Made by a program: the position numbers and the translations under genes
Part shown: piece after piece, positions 9,165 to 20,683 of the stretch
Layout: each line of letters begins with the position of its first letter
Numbering within the stretch: position 1 is the stretch's first letter
Notes under the pieces: generated by a model
Database searches by the model: none
What the model saw: the letters and a program-made list of their open reading frames with translations, nothing else
Told to the model about the DNA's origin: nothing
Origin: Takakia lepidozioides
Taxonomy: Eukaryota; Plantae; Bryophyta
Assembly: GCA_030704615.1 (NCBI GenBank)
Contig: CM060734.1
Location: 26,970,001-27,034,000 of the forward strand
Direction of reading: 5' to 3'
DNA: 64,000 nt

Positions 9165-11005
9165 TACCCCATAAGACATGCCACTGCCAGAACCCCCTTG
9201 GTTACACATTCAGATTAGGATGACCAAAATTATTTATCACACTGAGTGCATGATGATCATAGCTGTGAAGCACATTAGGAGTTAAATGAGACTGATAGCA
9301 CTCTAGCAGTAACTAGGATACTTATTACCAACTGAATTGTAACCCACACCCAGACTCTTCTACAACCCTAAACTGGTTTGATGACAGTTTCAGCTTATTA
9401 ACCACTTTCTAAATGAGCAGAAAACTCTCTAATGTTAAGCAAATGTGGAGGGCAGCTTTGCAACCATAACTTGTTTCGTGGCTTTGCTGAGAGGTGTCTT
9501 CCCAGACAACTTCACACATAGGTCTTACTATCAAGCCACATATGTGGCTAGCCCAAATGGAAGAACAATCCAATTGTGTTGGCATAATGTTAACACAACC
9601 TCCAAACGCATCACAAAAATGACACAGTGACTAAAGATGGTACCTGACATTCCACCTTTCAAAGAAGTGCTTTGATAGGATACAGAGCTGAAATAAACCA
9701 ACATATCACATATGCCATATTGTAGAGAAGTATGTGGAATAAAATGGTAAAAAGTCTTAAAATGTGAGCACATTCCATTGCAAAATGCAATTCATGTATT
9801 AAGTAACAAATGTGAGATCTGAACCCTCCTGTTGTCAGTTCTGTCCATCACACTCTCAACATTTTGATGGGCAGCATACCTCAGACACAAACCCCTGGAT
9901 ACACATCTCATGAAGCTTGCAGGAACAACCAGGGCAGTTTCTGTGCTTAGTGCAAAGCTCCTGTGGCAGAAGACATGAAGATCAGAGTTAAACATGATGA
10001 AGCGAACTTAAGACTGTGCACGGCAGTTGTGTATTTCTTTCCTGTTGAATGACTGGAATGACTTGAACATCAAAAAGCATTCCTTCAGCCAAATATGATT
10101 TGACAAGGCTCAAGCAGCTTTCAACAAGACAACCCTGAGGGAATCTGAACTAATCACAGCACCAACATAGAAGAAGAGGATATACAATGGAAGCCACCAT
10201 CTTTCTGTCTAGGAACATTCTATGAGACACTCAAGCAATTTATATCGAAACTTCGGGCAGGTCTAAACCTACCACGTCAGTCTCGATGATTGCATAGTTC
10301 AACCAGGAATATCCATCCACGGACAATCAAGTTAAAGATTAGGTCAGTCTAAACTGCAACAGAGCCTTTACAACTCTGCAGATCACACGTGGAAGAATAG
10401 TCGCCGGCAACTTAACTCATACACGAACTCAAGAAGGCAGAGGCACTATCGCCTGTTAGAGCATCAACCCGAAAATGCATGAATTAGGCGCGCACTTGTA
10501 CATTCAGAAATGGTAACAGACGTTGCGGTTCTTCTAAGAAGAATGTCCATGCAGCTCCGAATGGACTCATTCACCAGCGAACCAAGTGCAAAACTATTGC
10601 TTATGCACTCTGATTGCGAGCATCTATCCTTCAGCAGTAGATCGTGACTTGCCTCCAAGCCTCAAGCAGCACAAACGATATATATTCGACATTTGAAGGC
10701 AGAACATACAGTCTATGGAGGAGACTAACCTCATCTCTGGATCAAGAAGAACTTATGACCCTGCCACCCTAGGAGCTGCGACCACAATTCCAAAGATCAC
10801 AGCCTGTAAGCATGAAGCATCCTCTTAAGCATGCCTTATCTCTCAAACAGGATCTCTTCATCTTTTGCTGACGCCGTCCGCCATTGTTAGCCTCTGCCTC
10901 ACACGGACACCTCTCTCCTCTGAGTAATGAAAAGCAGCTTCTTTTGCGATGGTGGTGGCACAAGTACCGAAAGACTGCGATGCTAAGACGAAAGTGGTAA
11001 TGTAA

Positions 11006-11093
11006 TGAAGCAGAGGGAGGGTATGTTCCTGGTCAGTGCCGATCGTTCAATCTGGGCAGTGAGCAGGAACATAAACCTCCATCTGCCCCTTCA
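11006..11093 (-). ncRNA. Candidate pre-miRNA hairpin
   Basis: Arms 11006-11040 and 11055-11093 pair over about 30 bp with isolated mismatches and small bulges around a 14-nt loop. It lies in non-coding sequence about 145 bp downstream of a minus-strand TATA-like motif. Strand is inferred from that motif. Confidence 0.55.
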
Positions 11094-11236
11094 CGCTCCG
11101 TCTTCCTACGATCCGCTCGAGTTTCTTCCCCCGTCCTCCTCTTCAACCTGAACACTAGCCAACAGCTTACGATCCGTCCTCTCCATCGCCTGCAAGCTTC
11201 AAATTCGCGAACATGCCCACGCCCCCAATCGCGGCT

Positions 11237-11247
11237 CCTTATAATAG
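11237..11247 (-). promoter_or_regulatory. TATA-like box upstream of the hairpin
   Basis: CTATTATAAGG on the minus strand, embedded in GC-rich promoter-like sequence. Confidence 0.35.
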
Positions 11248-11975
11248 CAGGATCTGCACGAAGTCGACCGTCCTGCTGCCATCTCCCCCGTGTGCCACAA
11301 GAGCCGCACCGGCACGCCGACCTACCTACCTTCCTACCTACCCGCCAACCGTGCTACCCTGCGGTTCTGCTACTGCCGCGTGGCGACGTACTATGTTATT
11401 AGTCTCCGTCATGTTAGTCTCGCTCTCCGTGTCGATGAACAGAACGACGTCAAACGCATGAGAAGAACCCAACTGGACGAATGAAAATCTGTATTAGATG
11501 AGCAGAACCGTGTAACCCAGGATGAAGATTGTGAATCCAATATGATGAATATTGTTTCTTGACACCATTCAGTAAATGAACGATATAATCTTCCTTCGAT
11601 GTAGTGACCCCAAGCAGAACATTCTGTTGCGAGATTATGTCACTCTCAGGCAGGTAGGGGCATTTTTGTAATCCGGGTAGGGGCAGGGGAAATTTTCGAG
11701 CAGTGCCTTACAGCATGTAAAGTACCCGTACTATGGAAGGGGCCGGCAGCGACATTCTGCCCAGTTAAGAGCGCTTCCCCATTAGCCGGGAACCCAACCA
11801 GTCCAGTTCCCGGCCCGTACGAAGGGCCCAGGGGTGGGTCTGTAGAAATTATGTTCCCATTGACCCGCGCCAGTTGCGGGCCCGCTAGCATGTGCGAGAC
11901 AGGGTAACGGGATGAGGTACGGGCGGCGCCCTCTTCGCCCCAACGACACCCTGACCCACCTCAGAGGGAAAGGTC

Positions 11976-12612
11976 CAGTGTTGTACTGGTATTGAATGTT
12001 TAATATACCAGTCGGGTCTGGGTCTTGCCTTGTTATGAAATTAGAACCAGGTTATCAACCTAAATATCGTAGGGTCTGGTTTTTCAAATATAATATTGGT
12101 ATAAGTATTTGCTTTGGCAGTGGTGGGTACGTGGTATCCATAATTGGGGGTAATTTTTTGCAGTACCACGGGTATATCAACCCGGGTATCAATAGTTTTT
12201 GCACCCATCATACACAACCTGAAAGCCAAGCCACAACATGCATCGCACAATTGACTAGCCAAATCACAAACATACAAAGCTTGAATGCAAGAAAATGCAG
12301 GAAAATTGTCCCAAAAGAGACAATTTGAATTCATAGAAATATGCCAATACATTGTTGTAGTTGCAGAAAGTTAGAGTATGATTAGTAGAGATGCCTAAAT
12401 CTGATCTTCTACGGAGCCACCACCATCCCTCATAATGTGAAAAACCCTACCCAGGATTCACCAGTTTCTTTGGGCCAATCTGTGTCTCAATCCTGGTATC
12501 GCAGGAAGAATGCAAGCCGGTTCTTATTAGTATCAACATGGTAGAGCCTGGAGTGATATTAGGGTACCCATTATTGAGACCTGGGTTGAACACCAATACC
12601 AGTACAACACTG
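11976..12612. mobile_element. hAT-type MITE, 637 bp
   Basis: 19-bp perfect TIR CAGTGTTGTACTGGTATTG / CAATACCAGTACAACACTG. The 8-bp flanks GAAAGGTC and GATGGGTC match at 6/8 (aged TSD). Subterminal GGTAT/ATACC motifs are present. Confidence 0.8.
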
Positions 12613-13194
12613 GATGGGTCCTTTCCAAGTGAATGGACCCTGCCCAAGCAGTTGTGGGTAGTGGGACACAATTCCGGATTCTGACCTGCAAGTAAATGGG
12701 GCCAGGTCCACTTGTGGGCTAATGGCTGAGCTGCCTGTCCCCAAAAGTGGTGACCCCCTTAACCCCTAAAGGACGAGAGGTGTTTTTGGGTTTTTGGACA
12801 ATTCCGGGACCCACCCTCACACGTCAGCGGCTACCTGCCCATCAACGTTCATCCACGTGGATGAACCGTACAAACTGCTTTCTACCTACAAGATGCACAA
12901 GCCCCCCAAATTTAGGGAGATTCCACCGTGTAGTTTGGGAGATTATAACATTTGAAGACGGTGCATTTTTTTGAAAATGGAAAAAACAAAGCAAAAGTTC
13001 ATGTTTGACCAAGCAAATTATCCATGATCCCAAATTTTCCTGGGAGAAAAAGTGATATATTCCTGTGAAGTGCACAATCCCAAACCCTCACACCAAATTT
13101 CATCCCAATCTGCCAAAATGGAAGGGGGGGTGCTTTGTATGTGATTGGAATGGGGGTCCAAAAAGAAAATTTGCAAAAGAAATGGTATAGGCCC

Positions 13195-14178
13195 TGTTGA
13201 GCGGTTTTTACTCACCCATCTCTTCGCTATCCGAGGTGGAAACTCCAAGATAGAAGAGTTGGATATCTCTAAGCACCCAGCCCGCTCAGAACAATCAGTC
13301 ATGAGCTGCAGCTAGTGAATCATGGTTGTGCTTCCTATTTGTATTCCTTCTTGCCTTCATGTTATCAATTTACCTTACCGTGTATACTGAAGCATCAGAT
13401 TGCTTCAGTATCTACTAAGTTCCAGTTAATCATGCATTCATTCCACAGCTTCACTCATGTCTCTCTACACAGTGTGATTGTATCGAATAAGTATCAGATT
13501 ATGATTTATCAGGTATCAGGCCAATGTCATGGTGACTCTAATCTGCCCTACAGTATCACTACAACTTTGTATGTAACAAGCATCTATTGTTCATCTTTCC
13601 TCCTTCTTCGTGCTCTCATTCTTGCTCTCCGCCTGATCTCCTCTCATGCATGACCAAGAAGCGCTCCCCGTGAAGTGATCCCCTTCCCGTTGCCACTCTC
13701 CTAATCTACTCGCAAGTTGTTCTAACCACCTAACTAACTAATTGTCACCCCTGAAGTAACACGTTCCCTCTGCAGATGTCGTTCCCTGTCAATAATAACT
13801 GTTCCTCATGTACTGTGACAGGCTATGTCAAGCTGTGCCGAGCTGTGACTGGCTGTGCGAAGCTGTGGCAGGCTGTGTCGAGCTGTGCGAAGCTGTGACT
13901 GGCTGTATAAAACTGTGCGAAGCTGTGTCCGGCTGTGTGAAGCTGTGGCGGGCTGTGTCGAGCTTTGTCGGGCTGTGCGAAGTTGTGGCGGACTGTGTGA
14001 AGCTGTGCGAAACTGTGGCGGGCTGTGACTGGCTGTGTGGAGCTGTGTCGGGCTATGTAACCCCCCTAAAGCCTGCTGCTGCCACCCCTAAGGCTCCTGT
14101 TGGTCTCAGTCTGCGCAAAAATTAAGGGTACCCCACAGAACCTGTAAAAGCGTCTAAGTCCCAAACAGCCCTCTAACA
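13195..14178 (-). repeat. Putative 3' LTR, about 984 bp
   Basis: Starts TGTTAG at 14178 (minus) just after the polypurine tract and plausibly ends TCAACA at 13195 (TGTT...AACA). The left boundary is inferred because no second LTR is available for comparison. Confidence 0.6.
13813..14058. repeat. 10-bp-periodic GCTGTG minisatellite inside the LTR
   Basis: About 24 decamers of the form RGCTGTGNNN. Confidence 0.9.
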
Positions 14179-14181
14179 TTA

Positions 14182-14195
14182 CCTCTCCCCCTCTC
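14182..14195 (-). other. Polypurine tract
   Basis: Minus strand GAGAGGGGGAGAGG, then TAA, then TGTTAG. Confidence 0.75.
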
Positions 14196-14402
14196 AAAAA
14201 GTCGTGTCCTCACGGTTTACTATTTGGGATCAGCAAACCTTTGTGAGCGAGCACCCTTCTGTCGGTGAGAGTCGCGTAAAGGACTCCGTATGCGAGCCCG
14301 AGTCCTGTCACTGGCGGATGGAGATGATTGAGCACTACTTGGAAATATCTGACCCTCATTTGGCTGATAACGAGGTAATCTCTCAGGCATAGGAGATCCC
14401 CG

Positions 14403-17400
14403 TCATTTCTTCTCCGCCATCTGAAGTGCATAGTCATCTGCCATGTCAAAAGAGTCCTCTGAAGAAACAGTAGTATCAGAATCATTGTCTCCCCTTAGGT
14501 GTTTTAACGGCCGAACTTTAAGTGGAATCCTGTGTGGCATACAATGTGGTCCCACCATGTCTGGAAGTTTAAACTGTACAACTTGTTGTAAGCACTTGCA
14601 AGCAAAATTAGTGAACGTCTTGAACTCCTTATCCGTATAGGTAAGAAGTGTGTCAATGACTTTGGAACAGTGTAAGTATTTCCAGGCTTCATGTCCCTTA
14701 AAGAAAATATCCTCAGGGCCGAATTTCTGTGTTGTCAAATTGTTCCAAACCGAATGAAACCATGAATGAAGTTGGGAATCCTTCTGCATCATAACTTTTG
14801 CATCATATAGGTACATATGAGGTGGCACTGAAGGTAAGACCCAATGATCCCCACTGGAATAACTCAGAAATCGTGATTGCATCCTCTGCTGCTCAATGTG
14901 ATAACGTGCCAGAAAACAAGCAGCATAGTATAATCCACAGCCCATGACAATACTAGATACCTCCTTGGTTTTGGTATAAATGTACCCATGTACAACATGG
15001 AAGGCAATTAATTCCTTCAGCATGGTACCTGCCTCATACCGGTACCTCGCAAAGTGATGATCCTCAATGGGTCGATTGTTCGGAAGAACCTTAGTCCGAG
15101 TTGCCACTGGCAACCAAATGCGCATGATCTGGTAGTAATGTGCCAACGACTGCGGAGGACTAAATTCCTTCCAAGCCAAATCCAGCACAATGGGAATTTG
15201 GTTGAAGGGCATAATCATAGCCCGACTATACTCCTGTGCAGCAGGAGTCCTAGGTGGGTTAAAAGCAGCATCCCCAAATACCTCAGGCTGTGGTGTGGTT
15301 GTAGCAACAACAGGGTCAGCTACCTGCACAGCCACCTGCTGTGGTATTGGTACCACTGGCTCTTCTACCACTGGCATCTCCTGCACCCCCTGCGAAGAAG
15401 ACTGGAAAATTAGAGTCCTGGCATGTAAATAAGTAGCCATCAGCTGCTCCTCAGGAACAAAGATTCTCTTGTCAATATTTGAACTCAGGTCATCTACTTG
15501 AGTCTGCAGGCCTTCCACGTCCTCCTGTAGCTCCGCTATACTACTATAGACATTGTCTATAGTAGTTGTGGCAATGTTCTGCACCTGCAATTTGAGCTCA
15601 TTCATCTCGCCCTGGGTGAGCTTCCGTGGTGCTTTGCCTTCTACCGGCCCTTGTACTAACCAGACTCGCATAAGGTGGTTATCCACCAAGTTCTGTGTGG
15701 CACACCTGAGAGCCCGCTCCTCCGTGAGTCTGTACACATCTAACTGCTGCTGTAAAGCCTCCATGCGCTTTGCATGAGGTTCAACCAGACCCGCATAGGC
15801 AGCAGCCAGATTATTGGCTTCTTTCCGAGCCTTGTTAACCACAGAGAGTTCATTTCCATTGACCATGACTGTTTGTTGCAACTCCAGGATGTACCTCTCC
15901 TGGTTAGCCTCAACCTGTCTGTATTGTTTGAAAGTATTCTCATTGCGGCAGATTGTATTCTTCATATCAACAATGAGTTTCGCTTGCTCTATTATCTTAT
16001 CTTCTGCCCTCATACATCTCTCCCCTTGTCTGTTAACTTCTAATGCAGTTTGCTCAAGAGTAGTTGTGAGTGTAGCACATTGTATGGTCATCTTCTCATA
16101 TACTTCCTCCAACTCTGTATGTAGTACGTTCACTTCTTGCAACTTGCCCTCATGCTTCACCTGCAATTGGTATAACTGTTGCTTATGTGCTTCATGCAAC
16201 TGGTCCTACTCGAGGCCTGCTTCAATCAAATGTCCATTGGCCAACTGCAAGGCAGCCTTTGTGTCCTCCAACTCTTGCTGTAACTTGAGATTGACCTCCT
16301 CATCTACCTTGTTAGCACACTCAGTGGAAATTTGAGCCTCAAACTCCTTCCTGAGTTCCTCCCTCAAAGCTGCCAATTGGGTAGATGGAACATGGGATTT
16401 CACATAAGTGCCCAACAAATTAAGTGTCATGCTTATGGAACTCATAAGCATGGCCTGCTAGGGGTCATCATGGTGAACTTGCTATTGTTCTCCCTGATCC
16501 TCTACAGTGTGATGCCTTACCAACCATTCAAGCCATTGCCCCACCAGATCCTCTTCCTAAGCCACCTCATCCTCCACGGGTGTTGCAATGTCCTTATATT
16601 CTACCCTGGTATCTCCGTCACAGGTGTGGGTATTACATGCACAGCAGGGTTTTCCCTGGACAAGCGCTGCACCTCTGGAACCACAGATTTCCTTACCAAG
16701 CCAGAGTTTTCATAGAGAAGGTCACCCTTCTCAATTTCGGCCACGACCTGCTCTGTAGTGGGAATGTCCAACCTTTCTCCGTCCAGAGCAATTGGGGGTT
16801 GTGTCACAACATGTTCTAACTGTGGAACCTCTAAGACAACTGAGTCAACTGGCTGTGGTGGCTGTGGTACCGAATTGACTTCCTCTTCCCTCTCCGAAGG
16901 CCGTGCTTCCAATAATAACAGCCTTATGTGCTGTTGTGCCCCATCCTGCACAAGAGCTTGGGAAACATCATCGTGCGGTTTCCGTGAAGCCAGTGGATCC
17001 GCCACTACAGTCATACCCCGCTTTTGTCTTTTAGACTGGTGTTGCCCTGCCAGTCCACCCTCACTATGTGAAGAGCCCTGCTCTTCAATTGCAGTGGTTA
17101 CTGCCTCAAACACTCTCATCTCCTTACGTTCCCAAGTATCAAGTATGCAAGAGTCAAGAATGATTTGGGCAATGACTGGACCAGACACAATGATCGGAGA
17201 CTTAGCAGCAGTGCCCTGTAACCTCTTCATCTCGTCCACCAGACCATTGTACATTAACTCCGCCCAAGCTACATCCTCTCCCCTCAAAGCTTTCAGGATC
17301 TCCTCTGTGAATGACCTGCTCAAATATTGTTGGTTTTATTTCATGGCAAACATAACGTTCAATATTTGGCCAACTTCTCTGAGCCCTGGGTACTCGGCTT

Positions 17401-17755
17401 TGGTACAAGCGTAACCTTGAGTCTTAAAGAAACTCCCTTCTTGGAACAAATTCCCTATCTGCAATCTTGCCCTGTGCTCATCCACATCCACATGACCTGA
17501 TGGCAAATCAAACAATTGTTGCAGGTACTGAGGAGTAATTTCTATATCTACTCCCCTCACCTGGGTAACTCCCGTCCGAGGCTCAAAGTTCTGAAGAAAT
17601 TGAATCATATACTGCCTATGATGCAAGGACCAGCCCTTGCGTAGCAGCCCCTCCAATCGCAACTCCCTCAACAGCTGCACTGCCTGCGGTATAGCAATTG
17701 TTTGCTTCTGCAGAATCGTGGTGCTCTTCACCCTGATATCCTCCATTCCCCTCAC
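14403..17755 (-). pseudogene. Large extra ORF (about 1100 codons) of the retrotransposon: plant-transposon-protein-like N-terminus, coiled-coil middle, unknown C-terminal domain
   Basis: 17336-17755 and 16601-17323 share a frame across one TAA. After a frameshift near 16605 the frame of 16206-16451 and 14403-16199 continues across several TAG stops. The N-terminus QFLQNF...VRGVDIEITPQYLQQLFDLP resembles extra ORFs of Athila/Tat-type elements. A heptad-rich E/Q/L tract follows. Confidence 0.65.
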
Positions 17756-18062
17756 TCTCTATTCTAGACAAACAAAAAAGCTTTGTTTGAAACAGCTGAA
17801 GGAAAGCTTGCAGGGCACAGAGCATGAAGGTATGGTTGGCACAGAATGGAACAGGTAAGTGCGTGTAAGCCTGTGGGGCTTGCAAGTATCGAGTGAGAGA
17901 GAATGTACTCTCAATTCGTCCGTCCTTGCGCCACTGCATGAGAAGTAAAGCGAGTGTGTGATCCGTTACATCTGCCATAGCTACAAAGCCAGTGCTTTGA
18001 TTGCCCCTTCCGTCGAGACACTGGCTATTCGAAGCCACCCCGACTCTTCCGCTCATAACACT

Positions 18063-18521
18063 TCATATTTCTTGTTCTTGTTTCTTGGAGGGAACCACCT
18101 GCATGTAATTCGCACTCATGATTGGTTGTTGCCTGCTTAGGTAACTTCTTAATTCCACCCCCCTCCGTGGACATTCCCACCTAGAATGTCCAGTAGGACA
18201 GCACATGTGGCATAGGTCCCTTTTTTCTGTACTCGGAAAGGGTTCCGTTACCCTTACTCTGAATGCATTAATGGGCCCACAAATAGTCTTAGCTGCTGTA
18301 CCGGATAGGTACTTTGACGGCCCGATTTGTCCTCTTGCATGATGAGACCCACTCTTGCAATCGATGCAGTGTGGTGTGCTTTGCCTTAGTGGCCACGTGT
18401 CCGTTTCTAGACATGCCCCCGACTTCCCCTGTCCGCGTGGCATATTCTCCAAGTTTGACTTCCAAACTTCTTCTTCACTTGATGGCCACTTTTCTGACGT
18501 TAATTCGCGTCCATCTGTCAC
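18063..18521 (-). CDS. Zinc-knuckle ORF directly downstream of integrase
   Basis: Perfect CX2CX4HX4C (CHMCCPTGHSRWEC) and a degenerate second knuckle (CIDCKSGSHHARGQ). Confidence 0.55.
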   Translation of the reverse strand: MTDGRELTSEKWPSSEEEVWKSNLENMPRGQGKSGACLETDTWPLRQSTPHCIDCKSGSHHARGQIGPSKYLSGTAAKTICGPINAFRVRVTEPFPSTEKRDLCHMCCPTGHSRWECPRRGVELRSYLSRQQPIMSANYMQVVPSKKQEQEI

Positions 18522-18526
18522 TGACC

Positions 18527-19528
18527 CTATGGACTATGTAACCTGCATGGGCTGTGTTGGGCTGTGACAGGCTGTGTGGCACTGTGGTGGGCTGTGATAG
18601 GCTGTGTGACATTGTGATGGGCTGTGATAGGCTGTGTGACATTGTGATGGGCTGTGATAGGCTGTGTCACGCTGTGATGGGCTGTGATAGCTATGCCCTG
18701 GTCATACACGCTTGGCTTAGCGACAAGTGCTTCATACTCTGTTGGTATCACTGGCGCAGCCCGTGACTGTTTTTGCGTTTCAACATGCAAATCGTGCTGC
18801 AATGGTTTGTCATGGATACCACTGTATCCCTTCAACTTATTGGCATTGACTCTCCCCAGCATTTCTTTGTTAATGGTTTGTAACATGGCGGTGTTATTAT
18901 CATACATCTTCTGTATGACATAAGGTCCTTTCCATGGAGATTTAAGCTTAGAAGCTTTAATCTTCCCCTTCTTCTGTAACCACAGTATCAAATCTCCCGT
19001 CTTAAAAGTTTTTAATTTACCTTCATCAAACTGATCCTTCCTCTTCATCTGAATTCTGGTCATGTTATCAGCTGCATCAGCACGTACTTCTTCCACATGG
19101 TATAATTCATGTTTCCTGACCTTAATTGCATCTTCCAATTCCATTCTCCTTCCCCATTCAGTTCTCATGGTAGGTAACAGGAATTCCACTGGAAGTAAAG
19201 CTTCCATACCATAAACTAATTGGAATGGTGTATACTTAGTGGTGACTTTATATGAAGTCATGTATGACCACAAAGCTGTCAGCAGCTTTGTATCCCAATC
19301 TGTTTTGTTTGCATTGACTATCTTAGCCAAGATAGTACATAGTATTTTGTTGGTAGCCTCTGCCTGCCCATTACCCTGTGGGTAATATGTTGTACTTTTC
19401 CTATGCACAATCATGAACTCTTTAGTCAATAGTTCAATGGTCTCATTAATGAAGTGACTTCCCTGGTCACTAATAAATTCCAGGGGACAGCCAAATCGTG
19501 TAAGTATGTTCTCATAAATGAATCTTGC
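18527..19528 (-). CDS. Gypsy integrase, core and C-terminal part (5'-truncated pol)
   Basis: FIYENILTRFGCPLEFISDQGSHF...YYPQGNGQAEATNK with exact D-35-E spacing, TPFQLVYG, and GPY motif WKGPYVI. No chromodomain. Confidence 0.93.
   Translation of the reverse strand, partial: ARFIYENILTRFGCPLEFISDQGSHFINETIELLTKEFMIVHRKSTTYYPQGNGQAEATNKILCTILAKIVNANKTDWDTKLLTALWSYMTSYKVTTKYTPFQLVYGMEALLPVEFLLPTMRTEWGRRMELEDAIKVRKHELYHVEEVRADAADNMTRIQMKRKDQFDEGKLKTFKTGDLILWLQKKGKIKASKLKSPWKGPYVIQKMYDNNTAMLQTINKEMLGRVNANKLKGYSGIHDKPLQHDLHVETQKQSRAAPVIPTEYEALVAKPSVYDQGIAITAHHSVTQPITAHHNVTQPITAHHNVTQPITAHHSATQPVTAQHSPCRLHSP
18549..18692. repeat. 30-bp tandem repeat (three GCTGTG-type decamers) in the integrase tail
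   Basis: GGGCTGTGATAGGCTGTGTGACATTGTGAT about 4.5 times, encoding ITAHHNVTQP repeats. Confidence 0.9.
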
Positions 19529-19537
19529 TGTGGACTT

Positions 19538-20385
19538 CGTGCGTGCCAAATTTGGGAGCGATCCAAATTCATTTGGACCCAAAACCACAGTTTCTTCCCT
19601 GTTTTGCACTCCAAACTTGATTTGTGTTCTACTTCGTGCACTCTTCATAGAGAGTTCTTGCAATAGTGAACGAAGAGAACACCCTTTTTTGGGGGCATTT
19701 TTGATTGGTCCGAATTTCGGCGGGGGAGTAGCGGTGGGATGCTGGAAGCCGCTGAACAAAATTGAGCCAAAAACGAAATCGATACGTGCCAGAAACCCCC
19801 AATGAAAGGGCAGTGCAAACCTATTTACTGGCTTAAAATAAATTTAAATTCAATTAAATTGTGGAATGGCTCGAGGGAGGAGCGCGTCAATGGGGAGGCA
19901 AATGATTCATTCGTCTGTTGTGTCTCCGCACATGTTCGAGCACATGCGGGCAAAAGAGGGGCTTCAACCACATCCGTTCAATGGGTGCAATAGTCGTGCG
20001 CGCATTGCAGGATTTCTTTTTTCGCATTGAACAAAAACCAGATGACAAGTGAACGCCTCGTTGGACAATCGAACGAATTTCGATTATTACACTGGGACGT
20101 ATCGGAGGGTACATTGAACACACCGGCCAAGTTTCAAAGCGAACGAAAAATCATTTGGATGGGCAACCATCCGTTGGCCCGTTGAACGAATTTCGATTGA
20201 TCTCATATTACTCTGGGGCGTCTTACATGGCACATTGAACATAGTGGCCAAGTCTCGAAGCCAACCAAAATCATTTCGATGGCCAACCATCCGTTGAGCC
20301 ATCGAATGAATTTCGATTGATCTCTGTTTCCTTTCTGCCTCTGCTTTGTATTGCATGTTGTACAACGATAACAAGCGTGAGACCT
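19538..20385. repeat. 0.85-kb direct repeat, copy 1, possibly an LTR; contains S2 satellite units
   Basis: Near-identical to 20684-21517 (a few SNPs and a 14-bp indel near 20330). Extending it to 19529-20407 gives TGTGGA...TCCACA termini. Confidence 0.9.
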
Positions 20386-20683
20386 GCGATTCACCCGGGG
20401 TTCCACATCGTCTCTAACTTAACTGTTTCTGATTGCGTGTGATGGGACCAGGTGAGGGTCCTCACTTAACATGGATTTTAAAGCTTGAAGTTGATTGGAA
20501 TCGAGTTGAAGAAGCGACGCCATCTGTATCTTTGGGGGAGAACGATCCTTTCTTCCTCTTTCCTTTGATCTCGATGGCTCCTATGTTTAACCTAGTATGG
20601 TGGACAATCAATCATTAGGGCGACTATCTCTTGTTCCCTATGGCATACTGATGCGACGATGGAGCAATGATATGACAAGCTGA

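Larger units (their letters stand above)
13195..19528 (-). mobile_element. 3' half of a Ty3/Gypsy (non-chromovirus, Athila/Tat/Phygy/Selgy-like) LTR retrotransposon with extra ORFs
   Basis: Order on the minus strand is integrase, zinc-knuckle ORF, large extra ORF, PPT, LTR. No gag, PR, RT or RH is visible; the element is cut at about 19530 by an unrelated repeat. Confidence 0.8.

Noticed and set aside
7950-10960. Short ORFs such as 8159-8581 and 8849-9184 as a protein-coding gene
   Set aside because: No recognisable domain or consistent exon chain was found. The region is more likely non-coding or intronic.
11647-12737. Outer TIR element with CAGGCAG...CTGCCTG ends
   Set aside because: Only 7-9 bp of inverted match and no target-site duplication.
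13808-14125. Cys-rich 105-aa ORF
   Set aside because: It is a translation of the GCTGTG minisatellite inside the LTR.
19529-19759. N-terminal 75 aa of the 410-aa ORF as part of integrase
   Set aside because: It comes from the inserted 0.85-kb repeat (the same peptide appears at 20624-20905), so the fusion is fortuitous.
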